DNA of 37,893 nucleotides from the NCBI GenBank assembly GCA_003222815.1, contig QHXC01000424.1, positions 1 through 37,893 on the forward strand. Direction: 5' to 3'. The notes under the pieces were generated by a model. That model saw only the letters and a list, made by a program, of their open reading frames with translations. It was not told the DNA's origin and did no database searches. This document shows, one piece after another, positions 27,982 through 36,671 of the stretch. This DNA comes from Acidobacteriota bacterium (GTDB taxonomy: Bacteria > Acidobacteriota > Terriglobia > 20CM-2-55-15). The translations under genes and the position numbers were made by a program. Position 1 is the stretch's first letter, and every line of letters begins with the position of its first letter.

Positions 27982-28056
27982 ATCCACGGCAAAGGCATGC
28001 TGGACCGCGCCCTGCTTGGGAACACAGCCGAACGCGTCGTGCGCGCCGCGCGGTGC
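27982..28056 (+). pseudogene. Universal stress protein C-terminal remnant
   Basis: IHGKGMLDRALLGNTAERVVRAARC matches the USP G-x-x-G...LGSxAERVVR.A.C motif; rest of the domain absent. Confidence 0.75.
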
Positions 28057-28091
28057 GGCATAGGCGAGGCAAAAGCCGGAACAAAGTTTTT

Positions 28092-28183
28092 GCCGCGAAT
28101 TGCGCGAACTACGCGAATGGGCCGCACAGAATTTGACTGTTGGCGTGTCAACCGCTGTGGCGGCCATTCGCGTAATTCGCGGC
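28092..28183. repeat. Inverted pair of 9-nt-unit repeats forming a ~90-nt hairpin
   Basis: GCCGCGAATTGCGCGAACTACGCGAATGGGCCGC ... GCGGCCATTCGCGTAATTCGCGGC. Confidence 0.85.
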
Positions 28184-28202
28184 AAGAAAAATCGGTTCGG
28201 AC

Positions 28203-30893
28203 ATGCATCCTTTATATATCCCCGCGCCGTATCAGGATTCGGCGGAATTCGGGCGGTTGATTCTGCGCGACGGTTCCACAGCAACCGTTCGTGTCGCGAC
28301 ACTGGACGACGCGCCGGCAGTCGTGGCCTTATTCCATAGACTCTCACCCGAATCCAGGCAGCATCGATTCTTTTCCCTCTCCGAGCCGACGCCTGAATTC
28401 GTGAGGTCTCTCTGCGACTCGTCCAATCCGCGACGGCAGCTCACTCTGGTCATCACGCGGACGTCCGGTAAGAATGACGCCATTATTGCCGCAGGCTCCT
28501 ACGTCGCCCGTGATGACAAATCGGCCGAAGTTGCCATGGCGGTTGAAGACAGATTTCAAGGCAAAGGCATCGGCACCCATTTATTGGAACGCCTGGCGCT
28601 GCTCGCGGCCCGTGCCGGCTTCACGCGATTCTGGGCCGTTACTCACCTGGAGAATCGCGGCATGGTCGAGGTGTTCCGTCACTCCGGTTTTGCACTGACG
28701 GAAAAGGTCGAAAGCGGTTGCCTGGAGCTTGATTTTTCCGTCCTCCCGACCGAATCCAGCGTACAGCTGTCGGAAATGCGGGATCGCGTCTTTACTGCGG
28801 CTTCGCTGCGCTGGTTTTTCAAGCCAGGAGCTGTTGCCGTCGCCGGCGCTTCGCGAGATCCATCCAGTATCGGCTACAGGATTCTCGAGGCACTTGTGCT
28901 GAATCGCTTTCAGGGGCCGGTTTATCCGGTCAATCCTAAAGCAAGTGTGGTCGGATCAATGCGGGCCTATCCATCCGTGAACGAGCTTCCCGATACCGTC
29001 GACCTCGCCATCATTTCGGTTCCGCGCGATGCGGTCCTCAAAGTCGTCGATGAATGTGCGGGGCGTGGGGTCAAGGCACTGGTCGTAATCACAGCCGGCT
29101 TTGCCGAGGCTGATGAGAGTGGCCGTGGTCTCCAGAAGAAGCTGCTCGAGAAGGTTCGCGGCTACGGCATGCGCATGGTCGGTCCGAACTGCATGGGGCT
29201 ACTCAACACGGATGCTTCGATTCAGCTTAACGCATCGTTTTCTCCCGTCTTTCCACCTCCCGGACGAATCGCGATGTCTTCACAAAGTGGTGCGCTGGGT
29301 CTGGCCATTCTTGCTCTCGCGACGGAGCGCCAGTTGGGCGTGTCGACTTTTGTGAGCGTTGGAAACAAAGCCGACGTTTCAGGCAACGACCTGCTTCAGT
29401 ACTGGGAAGTGGATGACAACACCGATGTGATCTTACTCTACCTCGAATCATTCGGGAACCCGCGCCGGTTCGCGCGGATCGCAAGGCGGGTCAGCAGAAC
29501 GAAGCCGATAATCGCCGTGAAAGCGGGCCGTACCATCGCAGGCCGGCGCGCAGCGGGATCACACACCGCGGCGCTCGCTGCGAACGATGTCGCTGTCGAT
29601 GCATTGTTCCGGCAAACTGGCGTCATCCGGGCCGAAACACTGCACGAGATGTTCGATATCGCGGCGGCGCTGGAAAACCAGCCGCTCCTTCAAGGCAGGC
29701 GTGTGGCCATCGTAACGAACGCGGGTGGTCCAGGCATTTTGTGCACGGACGCATGCGAAGCGGGAGGATTGGTGGTTCCCGAACTCTCGGAGAAAACAAG
29801 GACGGAGCTGCGGAAGTTCTTGCCTGCTGCGGCCAGCCTTTCCAATCCAGTCGACATGATTGCCTCCGCCCGAGCGGAGAGCTACCGCAAAACGATCGAG
29901 ACCGTATTACAATCGCCGGACATCGACGCAATGATCGTCATCTATATTCCCATCGATCGCAACGAGTCGGAAGCAATCGCCCAGGCGATTCGAGACGGTG
30001 CCGCGCTGGGACGCGCGGCGGGTGGCCATGATAAGCCGGTTCTGGCCTGTATGATGACCACTGAAGCGGCGCACAGCCTGACCACGGAAAGCGAAACGAT
30101 ACCGAGCTATCTCTTTCCGGAAGCCGCTGCAAAGGTTCTCTCGAAGTCCATAACCTACGCCGAATGGCGGTCCAAACCACTCGCGATGGTCCCCGGCTTT
30201 CCAGATGTCCAAAAGGACGCAGCGGCGCAAACCGTCGCCCGCGCTCTCGAAAAGCACGGTGCAGGGTGGTTGTCCTCCGAGGAAGTTCGCGCCGTGCTGG
30301 CCGCTTTCGGGATACCCCAGGTTGCGGGAGGCCTGGCAAAAAACCGAGAGGATGCGGTGAAGCTGGCCCAATCGATCGGTTTTCCCGTGGCTCTGAAGCT
30401 TGCGTCCGAGCATGTGGTGCACAAGACCGATGTTGGTGCTGTACGGCTGAACCTGGAGGACGAAGACTCAGTTCGGCGCGTCTTCGATGAAATCAAACAG
30501 GAGGACATGGAGGGCATCCTCGTGCAGCGCATGATCCAACGCGGCGTAGAGTTGATGATCGGTGTGACGGAAGATCCGTTATTCGGTCCGCTCATCGCGT
30601 TTGGATTGGGAGGAATCTACGTTGAGATTCTTGCCGATGTCCGGTTTCGTGTCACTCCCCTGACAGACCAGGACGCGGGTGAAATGGTCCGCGAAATCCG
30701 TGGCTACCGCCTGCTTCAGGGCTACCGGGGCCATCCGCCTGCCGACGTGATGGCGATCGAAGAAGTCTTGCTCCGCGTTTCGCGCATGGTCGAGGACATC
30801 CCGGAGATCCGCGAACTCGATCTCAATCCCATCTTTGGTCTCCCTCCTGGAGAAGGCTGTGCCGTGGTCGATGCCCGGATTCGCGTGGCCTGA
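28203..30893 (+). CDS. GNAT + NDP-forming acyl-CoA synthetase-like protein (Pat-type lysine acetyltransferase, N-terminal GNAT)
   Basis: LRDG..LSPES..RFF, FQGKGIG; GPNCMG, SQSGA, GNKADV, SHTAAL, NPVD, HKTDVG, ELDLNP. Confidence 0.92.
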   Translation: MHPLYIPAPYQDSAEFGRLILRDGSTATVRVATLDDAPAVVALFHRLSPESRQHRFFSLSEPTPEFVRSLCDSSNPRRQLTLVITRTSGKNDAIIAAGSYVARDDKSAEVAMAVEDRFQGKGIGTHLLERLALLAARAGFTRFWAVTHLENRGMVEVFRHSGFALTEKVESGCLELDFSVLPTESSVQLSEMRDRVFTAASLRWFFKPGAVAVAGASRDPSSIGYRILEALVLNRFQGPVYPVNPKASVVGSMRAYPSVNELPDTVDLAIISVPRDAVLKVVDECAGRGVKALVVITAGFAEADESGRGLQKKLLEKVRGYGMRMVGPNCMGLLNTDASIQLNASFSPVFPPPGRIAMSSQSGALGLAILALATERQLGVSTFVSVGNKADVSGNDLLQYWEVDDNTDVILLYLESFGNPRRFARIARRVSRTKPIIAVKAGRTIAGRRAAGSHTAALAANDVAVDALFRQTGVIRAETLHEMFDIAAALENQPLLQGRRVAIVTNAGGPGILCTDACEAGGLVVPELSEKTRTELRKFLPAAASLSNPVDMIASARAESYRKTIETVLQSPDIDAMIVIYIPIDRNESEAIAQAIRDGAALGRAAGGHDKPVLACMMTTEAAHSLTTESETIPSYLFPEAAAKVLSKSITYAEWRSKPLAMVPGFPDVQKDAAAQTVARALEKHGAGWLSSEEVRAVLAAFGIPQVAGGLAKNREDAVKLAQSIGFPVALKLASEHVVHKTDVGAVRLNLEDEDSVRRVFDEIKQEDMEGILVQRMIQRGVELMIGVTEDPLFGPLIAFGLGGIYVEILADVRFRVTPLTDQDAGEMVREIRGYRLLQGYRGHPPADVMAIEEVLLRVSRMVEDIPEIRELDLNPIFGLPPGEGCAVVDARIRVA

Positions 30894-30894
30894 C

Positions 30895-30983
30895 GGAATT
30901 TCGGGGACAGACCCCAATTTCTGCAACCAAGAAATTGGCGTCTGTCCTGAAATTCCCCGAATCCGCAGTCCGCAATCCGCAAT
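30895..30983. repeat. GGGGACAGACCCC-type inverted repeat plus heptamer run
   Basis: GGAATTTCGGGGACAGACCCCAATTTCT / AGAAATTGGCGTCTGTCCTGAAATTCC, then AATCCGC AGTCCGC AATCCGC. Confidence 0.8.
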
Positions 30984-30994
30984 ATGATTAGCAC

Positions 30995-31597
30995 ATGCGG
31001 ATCAAGTACCTGGTTCTGCTTCTCGTCGTCATCGGGTTCGCCGCTACGGGGTGGTACTTCCTTTCACGCGGCTTCAGTGCGAGGGATCAACCCAGCTTAG
31101 CAGAAACGTTCATAGCTCGGCGGCTTCGTCATCTCGCGATTCCGCGCCTTGCGCGGGAAGCGGGGAACGTGGTTCCAGCCAGTCCCGAAGTATTGTCGGA
31201 GGGGATGGCTCACTTTGCGGATCACTGCGCGTTTTGCCACGCCAACGACGGAAGCGGAAACACCGATATTGGCCGCGGACTCTATCCCAAGCCTCCGGAC
31301 ATGAGACAATCCGAAACTCAGAGCCTTAGTGACGGGGAACTGTATTACATCATTCACAATGGCGTCCGGTTTACAGGAATGCCGGCCTTTGGCGAGGAAA
31401 CGTCAAACGGGCAAGACGCGGACAGCTGGAAGCTCGTATACTTTGTTCGGCATCTTCCAATGATCACAGCCCAGGAACTGGAAGAGATGAAGAAAATGAA
31501 TCCGAAGAGTCCAGCCGAGTTAGAAGAAGAAGATGAAATCCGCAGGTTTTTGCAGGGTGAAGATCAGCCGGCTGGCGAGACTCACAGACATCAATAA
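30995..31597 (+). CDS. Membrane-anchored c-type cytochrome
   Basis: CAFCH heme motif, LYPKPPDM, GVRFTGMPAF. Confidence 0.92.
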   Translation: MRIKYLVLLLVVIGFAATGWYFLSRGFSARDQPSLAETFIARRLRHLAIPRLAREAGNVVPASPEVLSEGMAHFADHCAFCHANDGSGNTDIGRGLYPKPPDMRQSETQSLSDGELYYIIHNGVRFTGMPAFGEETSNGQDADSWKLVYFVRHLPMITAQELEEMKKMNPKSPAELEEEDEIRRFLQGEDQPAGETHRHQ

Positions 31598-31615
31598 GTT
31601 TGAGGAGCAAATACC

Positions 31616-31960
31616 ATGTTGAAGCAATGTGCTGTTGGTTTACTGACGCTTTTATTATCTGCTGCCTTGTTGCAGGCGCATGGGGGCGCAACACACCTTT
31701 TGGGTACGGTTTCGGCCGTTGATGGGAATCGCGTGACGATCAAGGACAAGTCCGGCAAATCCGTCGTCGTCGTAACCAACACGAGCACGAAGTATCTCAG
31801 GGGCGAAAAGCCCGCCACAAGCGCTGAGCTGACGGTCGGCTCTCGGGTTGTCATCGACGCAAAAATGGATAACGCGACAAAGACGTACGTGGCGGAAGAG
31901 GTGCGCGTAGGCGCAGCAACTACCGCTGCAGCGAAGGCTCCCACACCGGCCCACAAATAA
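31616..31960 (+). CDS. Small secreted OB-fold (DUF5666/CusF-like) protein
   Basis: GAGGAG RBS; signal peptide then AHGGATHLLGTV; LTVGSRV. Confidence 0.82.
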   Translation: MLKQCAVGLLTLLLSAALLQAHGGATHLLGTVSAVDGNRVTIKDKSGKSVVVVTNTSTKYLRGEKPATSAELTVGSRVVIDAKMDNATKTYVAEEVRVGAATTAAAKAPTPAHK

Positions 31961-32030
31961 CGTGTGACGGAACGACCATTGGTCGGTTCGGGACCAAACT
32001 AAAGTTAACGATGACCGTACCGCCAGGACA

Positions 32031-32843
32031 TCACGCCTCGCGCCTGAGTACGGAGCGTGCAGCTTCCACGATGCTCGCGTGTATGGTTCCGCTGCTGGCG
32101 ATCACACCGTTCGAGTTCTGCAATTCGTGCCGGTTGTACTGCAGCGGAGCGTTGAACAGATCGGTCATGCGTCCTCCCGCTTCCAGAAGAATGGCTTCAG
32201 GAGCGCAGGAATCCCATTGATACGTGCCGCCGCTGGTATTCAAGTAGAGATGAGCGCGGCGCTCACAGATCATTCCGACCTTCAAGCCGATGCTGCCTGC
32301 TCGAAGCGTCTGGGTAATGGCGAGGCGATGGCGGATGGCGTCGACCCTGCGGGAATGGTGGGACCGGCTTAGTGCGATAGTCATCGCCGCAGGATCGGAT
32401 TCCGGTGACACTCGCAAGGGTATCGTCGTGTGGCCCTCTTCAAGAAAAGCTCCCATACCGGACGCTGCATAATAGAGTTTCCCGGTTAGGGGCTGATAGA
32501 CAATACCGAGTCTGGGTTTCCCATCGACGGCAAGGCCGATCATCACTGCGAATTCGTCGCAATGAGAGATGAACTCCTTGGTTCCATCCATCGGGTCGAC
32601 CATCCAGACTCGGGATTTCGTCAACCGAACCCGGTCATCGGGGGTCTCTTCGCACACGATCCCGTCCTGAGGGAACAGCCGCTTCAGTTCCGTTACGAGG
32701 AATTCGCTCGCTTCACGGTCTGCAGCCGTGACCGGATTATCGTATCCTTTCCAGTGGACGGAAACGCTTCCGGAGTAATGTCCCGCCAAAATGGCTCCTG
32801 CGCCGATCGCAAGCTCCTTTCCCGCTTCCAGTTCCTCTTTCAT
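32031..32843 (-). CDS. cysQ: 3'(2'),5'-bisphosphate nucleotidase (inositol monophosphatase family)
   Basis: PVTAAD, CEE, VDPMDGTKEF, SRSH, GSIGLK, WDSCAP; start trimmed to ATG at 32843. Confidence 0.9.
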   Translation of the reverse strand: MKEELEAGKELAIGAGAILAGHYSGSVSVHWKGYDNPVTAADREASEFLVTELKRLFPQDGIVCEETPDDRVRLTKSRVWMVDPMDGTKEFISHCDEFAVMIGLAVDGKPRLGIVYQPLTGKLYYAASGMGAFLEEGHTTIPLRVSPESDPAAMTIALSRSHHSRRVDAIRHRLAITQTLRAGSIGLKVGMICERRAHLYLNTSGGTYQWDSCAPEAILLEAGGRMTDLFNAPLQYNRHELQNSNGVIASSGTIHASIVEAARSVLRREA

Positions 32844-32879
32844 TTCGTCAGAAAACCTTTCTCGATCAGCAGGTGGGTC

Positions 32880-32982
32880 AACTTCGCGGCCGAGCTTGCT
32901 GTCCCTGGCGCGATATACCTCACGCATTCCGCGGGCGCAGTCGAGATTCGAATTGGTAATGAGCGATCTGCTTTCCAATCAT
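32880..32982 (-). pseudogene. N-terminal remnant of a Hanks-type Ser/Thr protein kinase
   Basis: MIGKQIAHYQFESRL | ARGMREVYRARDSKLGREV across a frameshift; degraded GAGGMGEVY loop; ends before the catalytic Lys. Confidence 0.8.
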
Positions 32983-33088
32983 GAGACGGAATGCCGGTAT
33001 GTTATCGCGAAATTTTGCAGGACAGTCGCGAAAACAAAGCGAAAGGATCGTTCAACTGAGGTGTTCGGCCATGTTTCGGCGATTCGAA

Positions 33089-33111
33089 CGCGGGCTAAAG
33101 CCCGCGACTAC
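33089..33111 (-). repeat. GTAG-family REP-like palindrome
   Basis: Minus strand reads GTAG-T-CGCGGGCT-TT-AGCCCGCG. Confidence 0.7.
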
Positions 33112-33198
33112 ATGACAGGGATTTGCGCGTGTTCAGAACAAAATAATGTCGGTTTGCGAATGACTGTGACTAGACTGAAAGCTCGGTTGAGTATCTCG

Positions 33199-34395
33199 AT
33201 GTCCCGCTATTCGCTTCTCATGCTCCCTCTTGCGCTTCTTGCGTTTGTCCAGCCTGGTCTGGCCCAACGGAACGATCAGATTCTTCTCGAAGGTTTCGAA
33301 GCGCTGTATAACCTGGATTTTGACGTTGCGGAAACACACTTTCGCCGTCTAGCGGAGCTCGACCCCCAGCGCCCTGAACCCTGGAATCAGCTTGCCGCGA
33401 CGCTCTGGCTGAAGATCGTTGCAGGCCAGGAGAAGCTGAATCTGGAGAGTTTTTCGGGAGCTTCTTTGGGCACCGACGATTCGTCAGACGCCGTTGGCGC
33501 ACAAGAGGAAAAACAACTCCGGGACACCATCGCTACCGCCGTTTCTAAAGCCGATGCCCTTTTGGCACGCAACCGCCAAGACGTTCAGGCGCTATACGCA
33601 AAGGGTGTCGCTAAAGCCCAACTGGCGGCCTTCGAAGCCGTAGCCAAGCGCTCTTACTTTGCCGCTTATCGCACAGCTCGCGAGGCGCGCGACCTGCATT
33701 CAGAAGTTTTGAAGCTGGATCCGAACTTCAAGGATGCGGCTCTCACAATTGGTGTCTACGACTACGCGGTTGCTTCCATCCCAGGTTGGCTCAAGTTTTT
33801 CCTTGGGGCTTTCGGCCTGCGCGGCGACAAAGAGCGCGGATTGGCAACAATCGTCGACGTTGCGATAAGCGGAAAATCGGCGCGGACAGACGCGAAAATG
33901 CTCCTCATCGTCATGTATAACCGGGAAAAGAAGTACGAAGAGTCCGTGGCGCTCCTTTCGGACCTTCAATCCCGCTATCCGCGAAACTACCTGCTTGAAC
34001 TCTCAAAAGCATCCGTTTATAGCCGCATCAAAGAATGGGATCAGGCGATCAATAGCTACCGATCGGTCCTGCAGAAGGTTGAAGCCGGTAACCAAGGTTA
34101 TAAACATCTGGACCGTTCCAAAGTACTTCTGCTCCTTGCGAAGGCCAACGTGGATCAGGGAAGCGTACCTGAAGGAATGGCGATTTATCAGGAAGTGATT
34201 TCCGACGGCCGTTCATCCGATAACGATCGCGCTAACGCCCGGCTATGGCTCGGCAGACTCTATGACCTCATGAAAGACCGGACGAAGGCGGTCGCTGAAT
34301 ACGATGCCATCCTCTCTCTGAAGTGCGACCCACGCCTCAAAGCCCAGGCTCAGAAATACAAGAAGGATCCATTCGGAGCGGACGGCAAGTTTTGA
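33199..34395 (+). CDS. Secreted tetratricopeptide repeat protein
   Basis: Signal peptide from ATG 33199; GFEALYNLDF, LDPNFKDA..GVYDY, YPRN, helical repeats. Confidence 0.87.
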   Translation: MSRYSLLMLPLALLAFVQPGLAQRNDQILLEGFEALYNLDFDVAETHFRRLAELDPQRPEPWNQLAATLWLKIVAGQEKLNLESFSGASLGTDDSSDAVGAQEEKQLRDTIATAVSKADALLARNRQDVQALYAKGVAKAQLAAFEAVAKRSYFAAYRTAREARDLHSEVLKLDPNFKDAALTIGVYDYAVASIPGWLKFFLGAFGLRGDKERGLATIVDVAISGKSARTDAKMLLIVMYNREKKYEESVALLSDLQSRYPRNYLLELSKASVYSRIKEWDQAINSYRSVLQKVEAGNQGYKHLDRSKVLLLLAKANVDQGSVPEGMAIYQEVISDGRSSDNDRANARLWLGRLYDLMKDRTKAVAEYDAILSLKCDPRLKAQAQKYKKDPFGADGKF

Positions 34396-34408
34396 CGAAC
34401 TGAACTCT

Positions 34409-34448
34409 CCTCCTTCGAAGGAGGGCGTTCGCCGATTTGTTGGGCGAA
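34409..34448. repeat. Tandem palindromes downstream of the TPR gene (REP-like or terminator)
   Basis: CCTCCTTCGAAGGAGG perfect palindrome; TTCGCC/GGCGAA hairpin. Confidence 0.6.
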
Positions 34449-34476
34449 GCCGTTCTAGTGGTTTAGACTATCGCCG

Positions 34477-36093
34477 GTGAATCTTCGCAAACTCTCTTCA
34501 TCTCCCAAAGAACTGGTTGTCTGTTCGGTTGTTTTCCTCTGCTTGACTGAAATTGGGCTGTGGTTTTTCGCGAGGACGCCGAGGGGAAGGCTCAACGTCA
34601 CTCAGATTGTTTCTGTTCTGTTTTTGGCAATCGTGATCTTCCGTTTTCGAGAAATTCGCGCGAAACGCCATCAAGCTCCTGCGAGTCCTCCGGAATCGGA
34701 ATCCATGCTGCTGCCCTACCTCGCTATACTTTTCGGAACGCTCGTCTGGACAACGATGCTTTCAGCCTACTTCATAAGCGACGACTTTGGCCTTCTTTAC
34801 ATGGCGCGCAAACCAATGCTCAGCCGGATATGGCCGGTATTCCGCTATGGCGATGGTGCGGGCGTTTTCTACCGTCCTCTGACGCTTATGAGTTTTTCGT
34901 GGGACCATGCCATCTGGGGAGAATGGCCAGTTGGTTACCATGTCACAAACCTTCTCCTCCACGCGGCTTCGGTGGCCGGGCTCTTTGTGCTCTTGCGACA
35001 GCTCGGAGCCAGGCGGCGAGTGTCGGCAATCACTGCCGGACTGTTTGCCGCAATGCCGATTCAAGTGGAATCGGTTGCCTGGATGAGCGGGCGATTCGAT
35101 GTCCTATCGACGACCATCATTTTGTGGACAACCGTTTGTTACTTGTGGGCGCGCGCGAAGAACAGCCTTGCCGGTTACTTCGCCGCGCTGGCGCTCTTCG
35201 TCCTGTCGATGTGTTCCAAGGAAACCGGCTTCGTCCTGCCTCTGCTCTTAATCGCAATCGAATTGGCGGTGTTCCGCGCTCGGCCGCCATGGAAGATTGC
35301 CGGCTTCCTTGCGATCGGGGGAGTGGCGTTCGTTTATCGGATGTTTGCACTCGGCGGGCTCGGAGGATACAAGAGCGGTGGGGTCTCGTCAGCCCTCGAT
35401 CTCGGACCGAAGACTCTCGAAGGGCTGCTCATTCGCGCACCCGCGCAAATGCTTTTTGGGCTGAACTGGACTGAGCCTGTCGGCATTCTGGCCATCACGA
35501 TAGCCTCCGTGATGGCCGCAATTCTCATGCTGCTTGTGTTTGGCGCCCGGCTCGGAACTGAACAGCACTCGATCGTCCAACTAGGACTGATTTGGACATT
35601 CATTACAATGATTCCGGCGCACTTCTTGCTGATGATCGGTCCCGGTCTGAGCAATTCGCGCGTGTTGTGCTTGCCAACCGTTGGAATCGCGATGATGCTT
35701 GGGCAGCTCCTGGGATCGCTGAGTGGACGGCGCTTCCAGACGGCGGTGTTCGCCGTTTTCGCTGTCGTGCTCAATCTGGGTGTGCTGCACAATCTGGCGG
35801 CATGGCGATCGACTGCGGCACTCGCCGAAGACACTTTGCAGCACGTCATGAGACTCGAACCGTCGCCGCCGTCGCACTCGCAGCTCGTTTTCTCGAACCT
35901 TCCGGACACCGTCCGAGGCGTCTTCTTTTTTAGAGTCGGGTTGAGCGAGAGCTTGAAAATGGCGTATGGCCGCGATGACATCAGTGCCATCCACGATTCG
36001 GATCCAGCGACAGAGGTCCCTGGATCGCCGCAAGTGCAAGTTCGCTTCTTATGGAAAGGTGAACCGGAAGAATTGTTGGTCAAAGAGAAGTAG
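34477..36093 (+). CDS. GT-C fold (PMT/ArnT/TMTC-like) membrane glycosyltransferase
   Basis: SDDF, FYRPLT, YHVTNLLLH, ESVAWMSGRFDVL, SKE; many TM segments. Confidence 0.85.
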   Translation: MNLRKLSSSPKELVVCSVVFLCLTEIGLWFFARTPRGRLNVTQIVSVLFLAIVIFRFREIRAKRHQAPASPPESESMLLPYLAILFGTLVWTTMLSAYFISDDFGLLYMARKPMLSRIWPVFRYGDGAGVFYRPLTLMSFSWDHAIWGEWPVGYHVTNLLLHAASVAGLFVLLRQLGARRRVSAITAGLFAAMPIQVESVAWMSGRFDVLSTTIILWTTVCYLWARAKNSLAGYFAALALFVLSMCSKETGFVLPLLLIAIELAVFRARPPWKIAGFLAIGGVAFVYRMFALGGLGGYKSGGVSSALDLGPKTLEGLLIRAPAQMLFGLNWTEPVGILAITIASVMAAILMLLVFGARLGTEQHSIVQLGLIWTFITMIPAHFLLMIGPGLSNSRVLCLPTVGIAMMLGQLLGSLSGRRFQTAVFAVFAVVLNLGVLHNLAAWRSTAALAEDTLQHVMRLEPSPPSHSQLVFSNLPDTVRGVFFFRVGLSESLKMAYGRDDISAIHDSDPATEVPGSPQVQVRFLWKGEPEELLVKEK

Positions 36094-36226
36094 CCGGATG
36101 TCGCTCGCGTTCGAGTCGTGCTGAATTCCTCAATATCAAGGAGGTCTGAAATTCCTGCAGTTTCTGCAGGTCTGTGTCTACTTGAGCGTCAACATTTGAG
36201 GCCAGTTGAGCACGACGGATGCGGCT

Positions 36227-36442
36227 TCACTTTGAAGCTGCGGCAGAGTCTCCTTCGGCCACAAGCCTGAGCTGATTTTCGTAGAAGGTGGCTTTGACAG
36301 AATTGAAATCCACTTCGTACTCGGTGAATTGATCGGGAAACTTGGGATCCGGAATCACTTGCGTGACAATGCCAATTCGCATGTAGGTTGGTACAAGGGA
36401 ACCTATCCGTTCGACATGGTCCCCAACTTTGAATTTGGACAT
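36227..36442 (-). CDS. Small SH3/KOW-like hypothetical protein
   Basis: FKVGDHV...GIVTQV...YEVDF...FYENQL pattern. Confidence 0.75.
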   Translation of the reverse strand: MSKFKVGDHVERIGSLVPTYMRIGIVTQVIPDPKFPDQFTEYEVDFNSVKATFYENQLRLVAEGDSAAASK

Positions 36443-36671
36443 ATGGCAGAGTAGTTGAATACGGCGTCGTATTTCGAGTTAATTTTATGTAACTCGTGAA
36501 ATAACTGCGAAGCAGGAAGCACGCGTAGGTTTTTTAGCCACGAATTCCGCGAATGGGATACAATTGTGCGGTTAAGCCAACAATCCGCGACGGCAATTTT
36601 AAATTCGCAATTTGGTAACACTCGTGCAAAGTTCCGTCCACAACATGCGGAAAAAGGAAAGGAAGGACGGA

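Noticed and set aside
32031-32978. Genuine kinase-CysQ fusion protein (315-aa ORF)
   Set aside because: The kinase part is only about 35 degraded codons with a frameshift and no catalytic Lys
32791-33198. N-terminal extension of the TPR ORF (534 aa)
   Set aside because: Overlaps cysQ, the kinase remnant and a REP; the signal peptide starts at 33199
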